NCBI GenBank assembly: GCA_963755915.1
Contig: CAVWLP010000003.1
Coordinates: forward strand, 128,001-192,000
Direction: 5' to 3'
Length of the DNA stretch: 64,000 nucleotides
Origin: an uncultured Phycisphaerales bacterium
Lineage (GTDB): Bacteria; Planctomycetota; Phycisphaerae; Tepidisphaerales; Tepidisphaeraceae
Shown: in pieces, positions 50,601-62,054 of the stretch
How positions within the stretch are numbered: the stretch's first letter is position 1
Layout of the letters: each line of letters starts with the position of its first letter
Program-made: the position numbers and the translations under genes
Notes under the pieces: model-generated
The model's database searches: none
What the model was told of the DNA's origin: nothing
What the model saw: only the letters and a program-made list of their open reading frames with translations

Positions 50601-53600
50601 ATTTTTTATCACGATGTGGATTCAGCCGGCGATGGCGCTGGCGGCGCTGGTTGGGGTGCGGCTGTTGCATGCGCCGGCGCTGGCGGTGGCGGCGCCGTTT
50701 GCGGCGCTGTGGCTGGTTTCGCCGGGGATCGCGTGGTGGGTGAGCCTGCCGATGCAGCCGGCGAAGGCGAAGTTCTCGGCGGACGAGCTGGCGTTTCTGC
50801 AGGTTGTGGCGCGACGGACGTGGAGATTTTTCGAGACGTTCGTGGCGGCGCCGGACAATTTTCTTCCGCCAGACAATTTCCAGGAAGACCCGGCGGTGGG
50901 CGTGGCGCATCGAACTTCGCCGACCAACATCGGCTTGGCGCTGCTTTCGAACCTGGCGGCGATGGACCTGGGATTCATTCCGGCCGGCCGGGCTTTGGAA
51001 ATGACGACACAAACATTGGGCACGCTGGATAAACTGCCACGGCACCGGGGACATTTTTACAATTGGTATGACACGAAAACGCTGGAGGCGCTGCGGCCGC
51101 TGTATGTTTCGACCGTCGATAGCGGGAACATGGCGGGGTTTCTGCTTACGGTGGCGGCGGGGTTCTATGAGATGGGGGGCCGGGCGATTTTCAGCTCGGC
51201 CGCGTTCTCGGGGTTGGAGGCGACGCTGAACGTGATCGCGGAAGTGCACCGGGCGACGGCGGGAAAATCTGGGGCGCAATCGACGGAGATTTTCGCGCCC
51301 CTTCGCCTGGCTTTGCAATCGCCCGCGCTGACGCTCTCGGCGATGTATCAGCTTCTTCAGCGGGTCTCGAGGCTGGCGGGTGAATTGGAAACGTCGGTTC
51401 GAGCGCCGGACAATTCGGAGCTGAAGTGGTGGATGCAGTCGTTTTCGCGGCAGTGCCGGCAGTTCATCGACGAATTGACGCTGCTGGTGCCGTGGGTGGA
51501 ACTGCCGCCGCCTTCGGAGCTGATCTGGAAGCAGGAGAAAGGGGAGACGGTCGTTCATCTTTCGGAACTGCGGCAGTTGCTGAATCGGCTGGATGAGATT
51601 CCAACGCTTGGAAAGGCGGCGCAACTGGAGAGCGAGTTGCTGCCGGTGATCGATGCCGTCACGCAGAAGCTGCGGAAAATTGAAGCGGCGGAGCAATGGC
51701 TGACGCAGTTGCGCAAGGCGGTTTTGGAATCGGCGGAACATGCCGCCAAGCGGCTGGCGGATGCCGAGCTTCTGACGGCGCGGTGCCGGGAATTTGCCGA
51801 TCTGGATTATTCGTTTCTCTACGACGAATCGAGGCGGCTGCTGGCGATTGGATTTGACGTCGGCGAGCGGCGACGCGACGCGGGGTATTACGATCTGCTG
51901 GCGTCCGAGGCGCGGTTGACGAGTTATGTGGCGATCGCGCAGGGGAAATTGCCGCAGGAGCATTGGTTTGCGCTGGGCCGGCTGCTGACGAGCGCGGGGG
52001 GCGAACGGCGCTGCTGTCGTGGAGCGGGTCGATGTTTGAGTATCTGATGCCGCTGCTGGTGATGCCGACGTATACGCATACGCTGCTGGATGAGACGTAT
52101 CAGTCGGTGGTGAAGCGGCAGATTGAGTTTGGCCGGGAGCGTGGCGTGCCGTGGGGAATTTCCGAATCGGGATATAACAAGACGGATGTGCAGCTCAACT
52201 ATCAATACCGCGCGTTCGGCGTTCCGGGATTGGGCTTCCGCCGGGGACTGGCGGACGATTTGGTCATCGCGCCGTACGCGGCGGTGATGGCGTGCATGGT
52301 GGCGCCGAAGGCATCGCTGACGGATTTGCGGCGAATGGCGACGGAAGGTTATCTGGGGAATTACGGCTTTTTCGAGGCGGTCGATTTCACCGCCGCACGG
52401 TTGCCGCCGGACAAGACCAGCGCGGTGGTGCGATCGTTCATGGCGCACCACCAGGGGATGGCGTTGAATTCGCTGCTGTATTTGCTGGCGGGGAAACCGA
52501 TGCAGCGGCGGTTCGATTCGGATCCGGAGATGCGGGCGACGGATTTGCTGCTGCACGAGCGGGTTCCGAAGACGCCGTCGATTTATCCGCATCCGGCGGA
52601 GGTTTCGGAGGCGCGCGGCGTGCCGGCGGAGGCGGCGTCGAACATACGGGTGTACAACACACCGGGCACGGCGGTGCCGGAAGTTCACCTGCTTTCCAAC
52701 GGGCAATATCACGTGGCGGTTACCGCGGCCGGCGGAGGGTACAGCCGGTGGCGCGACCTGGCGGTCACCCGCTGGCAGGAGGACACGACGCGCGATTGCT
52801 GGGGAACCTTCTGTTATCTGCGCGATGTCGAGTCGGGGGAATTCTGGTCGATCACGCATCAGCCGACGCTGAAGCGGGCTTCGTCGTACGAAGCGATTTA
52901 TTCGCAGGGGCGGGCGGAATATCGGCGGCGCGACCGGGACATCGACACGCACGTTGAGATCGCAGTTTCGCCGGAGGACAACATCGAGCTTCGGCGGATT
53001 GCGATCACGAACCGGGGGAGCCGGCCGCGGACGATCGAGCTGACGAGTTATGCCGAGGTGGTGATCGCCAACCCGGCGGCGGACGCGGCGCATCCGGCGT
53101 TCAGCAACCTGTTCGTGCAGACGCAGATCATCCGGCACCGGCAGGCGATTTTGTGCACGCGGCGGCCGCGGTCGGCGCCGGAAACGCCGCCCTGGATGCT
53201 GCATCTGGTTACCGTGCAGGGGAATGCGGTGGGGAGCGAATCGTATGAGACGGCGCGGGACGAATTCATCGGCCGGGGGCGGACGCTGGCCGATCCGGCG
53301 GCGATGCACCGGAGCAATCTTTCCGACAGCGAAGGGGCGGTGCTGGATCCGATCGCAGCGATCCGCACGACGGTGATGATCGGGCCGGATGAGACGGTGC
53401 GGGTGAACCTGGTGACCGGGATGGGGGAGACGCAGGAAGCTGCGACAGCACTGATCGAGAAATATCACGATCGACACCTGGCGGACCGCGTGTTCGAGCT
53501 GGCGTGGACGCACAGCCAGGTGACGCTGCGGCAGCTCGACGCGAGCGAGGCGGAGGCGCAGCTTTACAGCCGGATGGCCAGCAGCATTCTCTATATGAAT

Positions 53601-56546
53601 CCGCTGATGCGCGCGCCGGGGAGCGTGATCGCGCGGAATCGGCGCGGGCAATCGGGGTTGTGGGGGTACAGCATTTCGGGGGATCTGCCGATCGTGCTGC
53701 TGCGGGTGAGCGACGTGAATCAGCTTGCGCTGGTGCGGCAGTTGGTGGTGGCGCATGCCTATTGGCGCGTGAAGGGTTTGACAGTGGACCTGGTGATCTG
53801 GAACGAGGACCAATCGGGATATCGGCAGGCGCTTCAGGACGCGATCATGGGCGTCATCGGCTCGGCGCGGAGAGCAGCCTGCTGGATAAGCCGGGGGGGA
53901 TTTTCGTGCGGCGGGTGGAGCAGATGTCGGAAGAGGACAAGGTGCTGATGCAGACGGTGGCGCGGATCATCATCAGCGACACGGCCGGAACGCTTGCGGA
54001 GCAGGTGGACCGGCGTCCGCGGGCGGAGGCGCTGGTGCCGAGGTTTACACCGGTGCGGCCGCGGCAGCGGGAGGTGCCGGTCGGGGTGGAAATCCCGCGG
54101 CGGGATCTCATCGCGTTCAACGGGATCGGAGGATTCACGCAGGATGGGCGGGAATATGTGATCACCACGACCGCCGAGCGGCCCACGCCGGCGCCTTGGG
54201 CGAATGTGATCGCCAATCCGTATTTTGGAATGGTGATGACGGAAAGCGGCGGGGCTTACACGTGGTGCGAGAATGCGCAGTCGTACCGGCTGACGCCGTG
54301 GTACAACGACTGGATTCGCGACGCCAGCGGCGAGGCGTTTTATATCCGCGACGAGGAGAGCGGGCGTTTCTGGTCGCCGACCCCCCTGCCGGCGCGGGGC
54401 GATGCCCTACACGACGCGGCATGGGTTTGGGTACACGATCTTCGAATATTCGGAGGATGGAATCAGCGCGGAGACGAGCACGTTTGTGGCGACGGATGCG
54501 CCGGTGAAGTTTGCGGTGCTGAAGCTGCAAAACAACTCCGGGCGTCCGCGGCGGGTGTCGATCACGGCGTTTTTGGAACTGGTGCTGGGAGAGCGGCGGC
54601 CGGTAAATGCGATGCACGTGGTTACGGAAATGGATGCCAAGACGGGGGCGCTTTTGCGCGAAATTCCTACGGCGGGGAGTTTGCGCAGCGGATCGCGTTC
54701 CTGGAATGCAGCGAAGCGCTGCGGACGGTTACGGGAGACCGGACGGAATTTCTGGGCCGCAACGGCGGACCGGGACGGCCGGCGTGCATGTCGCGGACGC
54801 GGCTGTCGGGGCGGGTGGGGGCGAACTTCGATCCTTGCGCAGCGATGCAGGTGATGATCGATCTGCCCGACGGGCGCGAGCGGGAGGTGGCGTTCATCAT
54901 CGGCTCGGGGCGGGATGCGGCGGATGCGCGGACGCTGATCGGACGGTTTCGCGGGGTTGATCCGGCCCGCGATGCGCAGACGAAGGTGTGGGAATATTGG
55001 AATCACGCGCTGGGAGCGGTGCACGTGGAAACGCCGGATGCGGCGGTCAATTACCTGGCCAACGGGTGGCTGCTGTATCAGACGATGGCGTGCCGTTTTT
55101 TGGGCGCAGCGGGTTTTATCAGTCGGGCGGGGCCTTTGGGTTCCGCGACCAGCTTCAGGACGTGTGCGCGTTTGTGCATGCGGAGCCGGAGATTCTGCGG
55201 GCGCATCTGGTGCGGTGCGCTGCGCGGCAGTTTCGCGAGGGAGACGTGCAGCACTGGTGGCACCCACCAAGCGGACGCGGGGTTCGGACGCGAATCTCGG
55301 ACGATTATCTGTGGCTGCCGTATGCGACGTGCCGGTATATCGCGGCGCTGGGGGATACGGGGGTGCTGGATGAGAAGACGAACTTTTTGGAGGGGCGTCA
55401 GGTTAAGCCGGACGAGGACAGCTACTTTGATTCGCCGGTGCGGTCGGAGGAATCGGCGTCGCTTTATGAGCACTGCGTGCGGGCGATCAAGAATGGGCTT
55501 AAGTTTGGAGATCATGGGCTGCCGCTGATGGGGACGGGAGATTGGAACGACGGGGAGAATCTCGTCGGCGAGCATGGGAAGGGTGAGAGCGTCTGGCTGG
55601 CGTTTTTCCTTTACGACGTGCTGATGAAGTTTGAGCCGATTGCGCGGCTGCGGAATGATGCGGCGTTCGCCGACTTGTGTGCGTCGGAGGCGGCGAGGCT
55701 GAAGGCGAATGTCGAAGAGCACGCGTGGGATGGGGAGTGGTATAAGCGGGCGTATTTTGACGATGGGGAGCCGCTGGGGTCGGCGTCGAACGATGAGTGC
55801 CGGATCGATTCGATCGCGCAGAGCTGGGCCGTTATCTCCAAAGCTGCGCGGCGGAGCGGGCGCGTAAGGCGATGGAGCAGGTGGATCAGCAACTGGTGAA
55901 GCGGGATCTGGGGCTGATCCAGCTTTTCGATCCGCCGTTCGACAAATCGCATTTGAATCCGGGTTACATCAAAGGATATGTGCCGGGGGTGCGCGAGAAT
56001 GGCGGACAATACACGCACGCGGCGGTTTGGGCGGTTATCGCGTTTGCGGAAATGGGGGACGTGGAGCGGGCGTGGGAACTGTTTAATCTGATCAACCCGG
56101 TGCATCACGGAGACAGCGACACGGGGATCGAGAAATACAAAGTTGAGCCGTATGTGATGGCGGCGGATATTTACAAGAATCCGCGGCATGCCGGGCGCGG
56201 GGGATGGACTTGGTACACGGGGTCGGCGGGGTGGAGCTATCGTTTGCTGGTGGAGTCGCTGCTGGGGGTGCAGTTGAAGGTGGACCGGCTGCACCTTTCG
56301 CCGCGGACGCCGAAGGGGTGGGAGTGGTTTAAGATTCATTATCGGTACCGAGAGACGTTTCATCATATTCACGTTCAGAATCGCGGCGGAACGGGTGTGA
56401 GCCGGGTCGTCGCGGACGGCGTCGAGCAGGCGGATAAGACGATCCCGCTGGTGGATGATCGTCGGGAACACCAGATTGAAGTGGAGCTGGGGGGAGCGGG
56501 GGAAATTTTGGGGGTCGGCGAAAGCGGGGATCAGCGAGCCAGATGA
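47670..56546 (+). CDS. Cyclic beta-1,2-glucan synthase (Cgs/NdvB/ChvB type: GT84 + GH94 phosphorylase), split by ~7 frameshifts
   Basis: [124 protein letters not shown]. Confidence 0.9.
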
Positions 56547-56673
56547 GGAATTGGAGTGAGCGGGCGGGGTTTAAGAAGGATGGTTTGGGTTTTTTGGGCA
56601 TGGGTGAGCTCTGTGAGGGGGTTGCGAGAAAATGTTTGGCGAATTGAAATCCGCCGGTGGGGACACCGGCGGC

Positions 56674-56716
56674 ACTGAAGACGCGCCCCGCAAGCGGGGC
56701 CGCTAAACTTGGGGAG
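56674..56716. repeat. GTAG-type REP element (second copy 57811-57853)
   Basis: 43-bp near-identical copies with hairpins GCCCCGCAAGCGGGGC and GCCCAGCAAGCTGGGC (compensatory change), followed by GCTAA/GCTAC. Confidence 0.7.
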
Positions 56717-56786
56717 GACGGTTGTGTCGGGACATTCGGAATATTATCTGGTATTCGGGCCCTCACCCTAACCCTCCCCCGGATTA

Positions 56787-57789
56787 CCCAACATATTTCA
56801 TCTATGCCGTAAGTCCTTTTATTTGGCACTGCCGCAAGGCCAGGATGATCAACTTGGCGATGACCCACCGGGCCACTCGTCGTGGCCGACGGACCCAACT
56901 CGGCAAAGATTGCAGTCCGCCGCCGAAATTGCACAGATGTGCCAGATCCCGCTCGATGTCGCCCCGCAGTCCATAAAGTTCCCGGCCGAACGGGTTGGGA
57001 GCGTCCGCCTCCAGCAGTTCAATGCATCGCAAGCGTGCCGGGCAGTGCTTGCCATGTCCCAAGCCGCTCCCGGGTGCTTTACGTTTGGCCAGCAGTTGGA
57101 AACCGTGGGTCATGGCATGCCAGTGGAGCGGATTGGTCTCATGAGTGGCATCGGCCAGCAGATAGCCGGTGGCATTTGAACCATTTTGAGTCAGTCGATC
57201 GATCAACTCAATGCCGCATTGCTGATCCGAGACGTTCAGGGACGCCAGCAGCAGCGGATCGGGCACCAGTCCGCGTCCCCAGGCGGCGGCCAGTTTGTAA
57301 CCGCGGGCCAGACCTCCGGTGGCGTAGCCCCTCCTGGCATCTCGATCCTTTGAGAATCCGCTGACCACCAGCGGCTTGGTATCGACCCGCCAACAAAGAC
57401 CGAGTCCCGATCCCATCACCGCTGCAACTCGATAATAGAGTTGGGCCAGCAGCGTGCAGCAGGAAAGAGTTTTGAGCCGTCGGCTCATGGTTGCCTCGCT
57501 GGGCAGCGTCATCCATTGCATCGTTGCAGGCCAGTGACCAGGCTGGCAAGCCCAACGAATGGGGCGATCGTGCAACAGCGCCCAAAAGAAAACCAGAAGA
57601 ATGACGGCATCGGTAAACTGCGCGTATTTGGGACGGGGGTGGTGTTTGGCTTCCCGCCCTACGATGGCGTAAAGTGCCTCGAATAGTTCGCCTTCCATGG
57701 CAAATCTCCTTGTTTGAGACCAAGAAGATCAGCATGGAGGCGAACTCTTGTTTTTGCCAGCATTTAGTTCATTGTTGAAAAATGTTGGG
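56787..57789 (-). mobile_element. ~1.0 kb DDE insertion sequence inserted in a REP hairpin loop
   Basis: 14-bp TIRs CCCAACATATTTCA / TGAAAAATGTTGGG (1 mismatch); flanks rebuild CCCTCCCCCGG-AGTA-CCGGGAGAGGG. Confidence 0.85.
56802..57698 (-). CDS. DDE transposase (DDE_Tnp_1-like; IS982/IS5-related, family uncertain)
   Basis: LPSEATMSRRL, RVDTKPL...D.DARRGY...GYKL, YLLADA, R.DIER motifs. Confidence 0.8.
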   Translation of the reverse strand: MEGELFEALYAIVGREAKHHPRPKYAQFTDAVILLVFFWALLHDRPIRWACQPGHWPATMQWMTLPSEATMSRRLKTLSCCTLLAQLYYRVAAVMGSGLGLCWRVDTKPLVVSGFSKDRDARRGYATGGLARGYKLAAAWGRGLVPDPLLLASLNVSDQQCGIELIDRLTQNGSNATGYLLADATHETNPLHWHAMTHGFQLLAKRKAPGSGLGHGKHCPARLRCIELLEADAPNPFGRELYGLRGDIERDLAHLCNFGGGLQSLPSWVRRPRRVARWVIAKLIILALRQCQIKGLTA

Positions 57790-57859
57790 AGTACCGGGAG
57801 AGGGGGGAAGACTGAAGACGCGCCCAGCAAGCTGGGCGGCTACACTTGGGGAGGGACAG

Positions 57860-58369
57860 CTACCCGACTTTGGGACCCAGGATGGGAATGGGCCAGGGTT
57901 CGAAGGGGATCTCCGGTGGTTTTTCTTTTGGGGGGGCTGGGGCTTTGAAGCGGGAGGCGGCGGAGAGAAGGATGTGGGCGGCGCGGAAGCGGTTTTTGTC
58001 GTTTTCGTCGGTGAGGAATTTGGAAAGGACAGTGGCGGCGGTGAGGGCGTAGGTCTGGCAGCGGTCGGTGGCGGCTTGATGGAGCTGAATTCGGGCGTCG
58101 GTGAGAGCCTGGCGGTAGTCGTCGTTTTGGGTTTTCCATCGCCAAAGGGTTTTGGGAGAGAGGGCGAGGGCTTTGGCGATTTGGGAATCGCGGAGTCCCT
58201 GGAGGGCGAGCTCGATGGCTCGGGATTGGACGTTGGAGAGATTGGCGATGGGGGCGATGTCCGAAGATATCCGGAAGTGCCCGGGATTTGAGCGCGAGAT
58301 TTCTTCTCCCTCTTCGGGTTGGGGGTATTCGTGCGGGTGCGGAGGGAGATTAAGGTCGTCGTTGGGCAT
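57860..58369 (-). CDS. Hypothetical HTH protein
   Basis: LS.VQ.RAIEL...G..DSQIAKALALSPKTLWRWK homeodomain-like HTH. Confidence 0.65.
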   Translation of the reverse strand: MPNDDLNLPPHPHEYPQPEEGEEISRSNPGHFRISSDIAPIANLSNVQSRAIELALQGLRDSQIAKALALSPKTLWRWKTQNDDYRQALTDARIQLHQAATDRCQTYALTAATVLSKFLTDENDKNRFRAAHILLSAASRFKAPAPPKEKPPEIPFEPWPIPILGPKVG

Positions 58370-58914
58370 GGTGGTTCCTTTCTGTTTAGAGAATGCAGAG
58401 GAAAAATTGCAGGCGTCTATATACAGGTCCAAAAGGTGTACGTTTTGGACCTATTTTTGAGAAATCCGCAGATTTTTGTGGAGAAGATTTCACGGATTGA
58501 CAAGAATTTGAAATGTGAATGGGGGGTATGGAGGAATTTGTGGTGGATTGAGCGGGTTGCATTTATTGGGGGGCGTTGCTGGGTGCGATGAAAAGAGGAG
58601 GAAGAGTATTTTCGGTTGTGGTTTGTGTGACGAGAAGATGCGGGAGCTCGTATATAATAGGCGGTTCCGCTGCGGGGGCACATGGCTGGACTGGTGACGT
58701 TCGGGGCGACCTAGAGGTGTTGGGCGGGAGAGCGCCGTGCGGTTCGACACAGCTCACCGAAGTCAAGCACGGCGGCTACACGGGGAGAAGTTGGGGAAGG
58801 CATCCAACCTGAGTTTCGCGGACCAGTAGCGGGGTAAGCGTGAATGGACGGCGGGCGGATTCCGTCTATAGTTGTAGAGGCGGGTTTTTCACGTCGGGGC
58901 GGAAAGGATCATTT

Positions 58915-60057
58915 ATGGCGATCAAATCTCTTGTTGTCGGTGCGCTATTTGTCGCGCTGCCGCTGGGCGCGGCGGGACAGACAACGGAGCCATCGGGAGA
59001 CGCGGCTGAAGTCTATTTGCAGGCGGCGCGATTGATTCGCGATGACGATGCCAGAAATATCATGTCTCCGGCTTCGTCGAATGCGGTGTTTCCGCGCGAA
59101 TATCCACCGCTGCCGGACGAGTGGGTGCAGATGGAGAGGCAGGATTACCACCTTCATGCCGAGGTGCGGGAGCTGGCGCACGAAGCGGGGCTGATGCAGC
59201 GGGCGAATTGGCCGGTGTTCAAGAGGTTGGGGCCGAATAATTTCAGCTACTTGAACGAAATGCGGAACCTGGCGAACGAACTTGGCGATGCGGCGAAGTA
59301 CCAGAGCCTGGTTCTGAACCAGCAGCCGGCGGCGTTTGGGACGGCGGGAGATTTGCTGCGTCTGGAATCCATGCTCAAGGATCAACCCGGGGAAATTCTG
59401 GTGCGGTTGCTGGTTGGCGAGGGGATCGATGCGCTGGCGCAATCGCGGTTGATGGTGATGATCGCGAACGCGAAAATCACGGATGATCCATCTGACGCGC
59501 ACGATCTTCCGCTGGCGACGGCGACGCAGTGGATCGGGCGGCTGCTGGACCATCCCGATGCGGAGGCGGAATTGCAGCAGTCGTTGAAGAACGAGCCGGC
59601 GGGAGCTCAGAACGATCCGATCATGAAGCCGTCGCTGGTTCGGATTCTTCAAACGATTCACCGAGCGCAGACGGAACGGGATCTGGCGGCGATGTCGCTG
59701 GCGGCGCATGTTTATGAGTTTAAACAGGGGCGATGGCCGGCGAATCTTGCGGAGCTGGCGACGGAGTTGCCGCGGGTGCCGGTGGATGCGTTTGGGGATG
59801 GAAAACAGACGCTGGGATATGTGCTGATCGCGGGGGGGTTGCCGGATGGATCGGATCGGCCGCTGGTTTATTCGCATGAGCGGATGAAGGATGGATTGTT
59901 TTTCCGGACGGATGAGCCGCAATACGATTATTACAGCTCCGATGGGTCGAACCTGCCGGTGACGCGACAGAAGCACGGGGGGCAGTTCCGGGATGTGGCG
60001 GGCTGGTCGCCGCAGGGGACGCGGGCGGGAGTTGCGACGACGCAGCCGGTGCCGTGA
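58915..60057 (+). CDS. Secreted hypothetical protein
   Basis: Signal peptide, helical body, G.WP..L.EL...LP.VP.D.F motif, ATTQP tail. Confidence 0.65.
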   Translation: MAIKSLVVGALFVALPLGAAGQTTEPSGDAAEVYLQAARLIRDDDARNIMSPASSNAVFPREYPPLPDEWVQMERQDYHLHAEVRELAHEAGLMQRANWPVFKRLGPNNFSYLNEMRNLANELGDAAKYQSLVLNQQPAAFGTAGDLLRLESMLKDQPGEILVRLLVGEGIDALAQSRLMVMIANAKITDDPSDAHDLPLATATQWIGRLLDHPDAEAELQQSLKNEPAGAQNDPIMKPSLVRILQTIHRAQTERDLAAMSLAAHVYEFKQGRWPANLAELATELPRVPVDAFGDGKQTLGYVLIAGGLPDGSDRPLVYSHERMKDGLFFRTDEPQYDYYSSDGSNLPVTRQKHGGQFRDVAGWSPQGTRAGVATTQPVP

Positions 60058-60096
60058 GGCAGGGCAATCGCACATGCCTTGAAAAAATGCGAATGA

Positions 60097-60138
60097 CCCC
60101 CCACCCTAACCCTCCCCCGGAGTACCAGGGGAGGGGGG
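60097..60138. repeat. REP-like hairpin CCCTCACCC(T/C)AACCCTC...CGG-AGTA-CC...GAGGG family (other copies 61296-61336, 62065-62103, and the split copy at 56760-56786 + 57790-57807)
   Basis: Four intergenic copies visible in the window. Confidence 0.75.
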
Positions 60139-60224
60139 AAAAGAAACGCGCACCCCTGCGGGGTTGCGGCTAAACGGCAAAGGGGATATATCGCGATTGC
60201 GGTTTCCGATTTAGAATCTCCCGC

Positions 60225-60737
60225 TTGAGCGACCTGATTCTCAATTCGACGAAGTACGACGGCAGCCTGCATTATCGGTATGGGGTGCGGGAGGTTGATC
60301 GGCGGGAGGACCGGCTGACGACGTTCATCGCGCCGGGATCGCCGATTGAAAGTTATCGGGGGCGCTGGACTGGGAAGAAAAATTTTCTGAGCACGTTTTG
60401 GACGGAAAAGCCGTATGTGCTGCACGTGCGGTGGGATGAGGTCTGGACGCCGGAGTTTTTGTACGTCGATATTGCCACGCGCACGAATTGGGACGATCGG
60501 ACCGTGCGGTATGTCGACCTGGATCTGGATTTGATTCTGCGGCACGACGCGACGGCGATTCATCTGGACGATGAGGATGAATTCGAGCAGCACCGCGTGC
60601 GATTTGCTTATCCCGCGGCGCTGGTGACGCAATGCCATGAGGCGGTGCAGGAGGTTCGGCGGCTGCTGGATGGGGGCGAGCGGCCGTTCACGAAAGCGCT
60701 GTTCGCATGGCGGCCGGGGATGGGGGTCGATTGGTGA
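60225..60737 (+). CDS. DUF402-domain protein
   Basis: STKYDGSLHYRY, YVDIAT, YVDLDLD, LDDEDEFEQH...YP. Confidence 0.85.
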   Translation: MSDLILNSTKYDGSLHYRYGVREVDRREDRLTTFIAPGSPIESYRGRWTGKKNFLSTFWTEKPYVLHVRWDEVWTPEFLYVDIATRTNWDDRTVRYVDLDLDLILRHDATAIHLDDEDEFEQHRVRFAYPAALVTQCHEAVQEVRRLLDGGERPFTKALFAWRPGMGVDW

Positions 60738-60855
60738 GGGGGCGCGAGCGCAGCCTGTCGCAGGCAGGCTCCGAGCTTTACTTTTTCTTGCCTGTTTCAT
60801 AGAACGGACTCTTGCGCATTTCTAAACAGTTCAAACCCAAAAGGAGACCGCGCCA

Positions 60856-61161
60856 ATGAAAATGCTGATGTTGGTCACGTTGCCGAATGAGCCGTTCAAT
60901 ACGGCCGTGCGGGATGGAACGGCGGCGACGAAGATGAAAAAGATTCTGGATGCGTGTAAGCCGGAAGCCGCCTACTTCACGGAGCAGGACGGGGGGCGCG
61001 GGGGAATTTTCGTGGTTGAAGTGACGGATTCGTCGAAGATTCCGGGGCTTGCCGAGCCGTGGTTTCTGACGTTTAACGCGGATGTGAAATTCCGGATTGT
61101 GATGAGCCCGGGGGAATTGAGCCAGTCGGGGTTGGATGAGATTGGGAAGAAGTGGCGGTGA
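60856..61161 (+). CDS. Conserved hypothetical protein (GYD/DUF3303-like)
   Basis: KPEAAYFTEQDG.RG...V.....S.IP.LAEPWFL.F.A.V....VM; AGGAG RBS. Confidence 0.7.
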   Translation: MKMLMLVTLPNEPFNTAVRDGTAATKMKKILDACKPEAAYFTEQDGGRGGIFVVEVTDSSKIPGLAEPWFLTFNADVKFRIVMSPGELSQSGLDEIGKKWR

Positions 61162-61367
61162 TGCGGCGGGTGTGTGGGGAATCCCTGGCGTTGTCTAACC
61201 TTTGACGTGCCGCGCACTATCTGTCTGCTTGTATGTAAGCAGAGGGCAACGGGCGGAAGCGGGTGAGGGCGGTTGGGGGGAGAAATTATTTTAGGCCCTC
61301 ACCCCCAACCCTCTACCGGAGTACCGGGCGAGGGGGTAAATTCGAATGGATCAGCTATGGACGCAAT

Positions 61368-62054
61368 TCAGGCTGGCTTGGCTGGGGGCTCCGGGGCGTC
61401 GACGAGGATTTTGGCGGCGGCGGCGGTTCCGAGGGATACCTCGCCGCGGCGGGTGATGCGGATTTTGACGGCTTCGGCGACGGAGTCGCGGGTGAGGACG
61501 GTTACCACCGAGCCGGGCATCAGGCCGGTGCGCTCGACGAACTGCAGGAATTCCGGCTGCTGGTCGAGCATTCTCGCGATTTTCTGGGGGGAGCCGATGG
61601 GACAGTCGGCCAAGCTCATGAGGGGGCGTTCGTGGAGATGTCCTTTGGGGGTGGGGATGGGGTCGCCGTGGGGATCGACCGTGGGGTGGCCTAACAGCGC
61701 GTCCATACGCTCCAGGACGCGGTCGGAGATGGCGTGCTCGAGGGTGTCGGCTTCGTCGTGGACGACGGACCAGTCGAGGCCAAGCACTTTTACGAGAAAG
61801 AGCTCGACGAGGCGATGGCGGCGGAGGACGTGGAGGGCGAGCTGCTCGCCGCTGCGGGTGAGCTTAACGCCTTCCCGCGGCTCGTAGAGGACGAGGCCGG
61901 AATCGGCGAGGGCTTTTACCATTGAAGTGGCGGTTCCGGGGACTACGCCCATCGCGGCGGCGAGGCGACCCATCGAAACCATCGGCTCGGCACCGGTGGT
62001 GCGCTGCTCGAGGTAAAGCTGCTTCAAGTAGTTTTCGACGGTGCTGGTGGCCAT
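61368..62054 (-). CDS. mntR: DtxR/MntR-family metal-dependent repressor with FeoA domain
   Basis: TVENYLKQLY, RRHRLVELFL, VHDEADTLEH, DPHGDPIP; divergent from mntH. Confidence 0.88.
   Translation of the reverse strand: MATSTVENYLKQLYLEQRTTGAEPMVSMGRLAAAMGVVPGTATSMVKALADSGLVLYEPREGVKLTRSGEQLALHVLRRHRLVELFLVKVLGLDWSVVHDEADTLEHAISDRVLERMDALLGHPTVDPHGDPIPTPKGHLHERPLMSLADCPIGSPQKIARMLDQQPEFLQFVERTGLMPGSVVTVLTRDSVAEAVKIRITRRGEVSLGTAAAAKILVDAPEPPAKPA

Noticed and set aside
50578-53813. Long antisense ORFs (461 and 629 aa) and similar shadow ORFs elsewhere (e.g. 42623-43897, 62126-63508)
   Set aside because: They are Arg/Pro-rich, motif-free mirror frames of real high-GC genes.
6351-56546. Frameshifts in vapC, DUF1559, istA, parB, dacB, argF, integrase, brnT and cgs as programmed frameshifting or mass pseudogenisation
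   Set aside because: They are single-base indels, often in homopolymer or GC runs. They also hit housekeeping genes such as argF, with no accumulation of in-frame stops. This is best explained by long-read consensus error; short-read polishing would decide.
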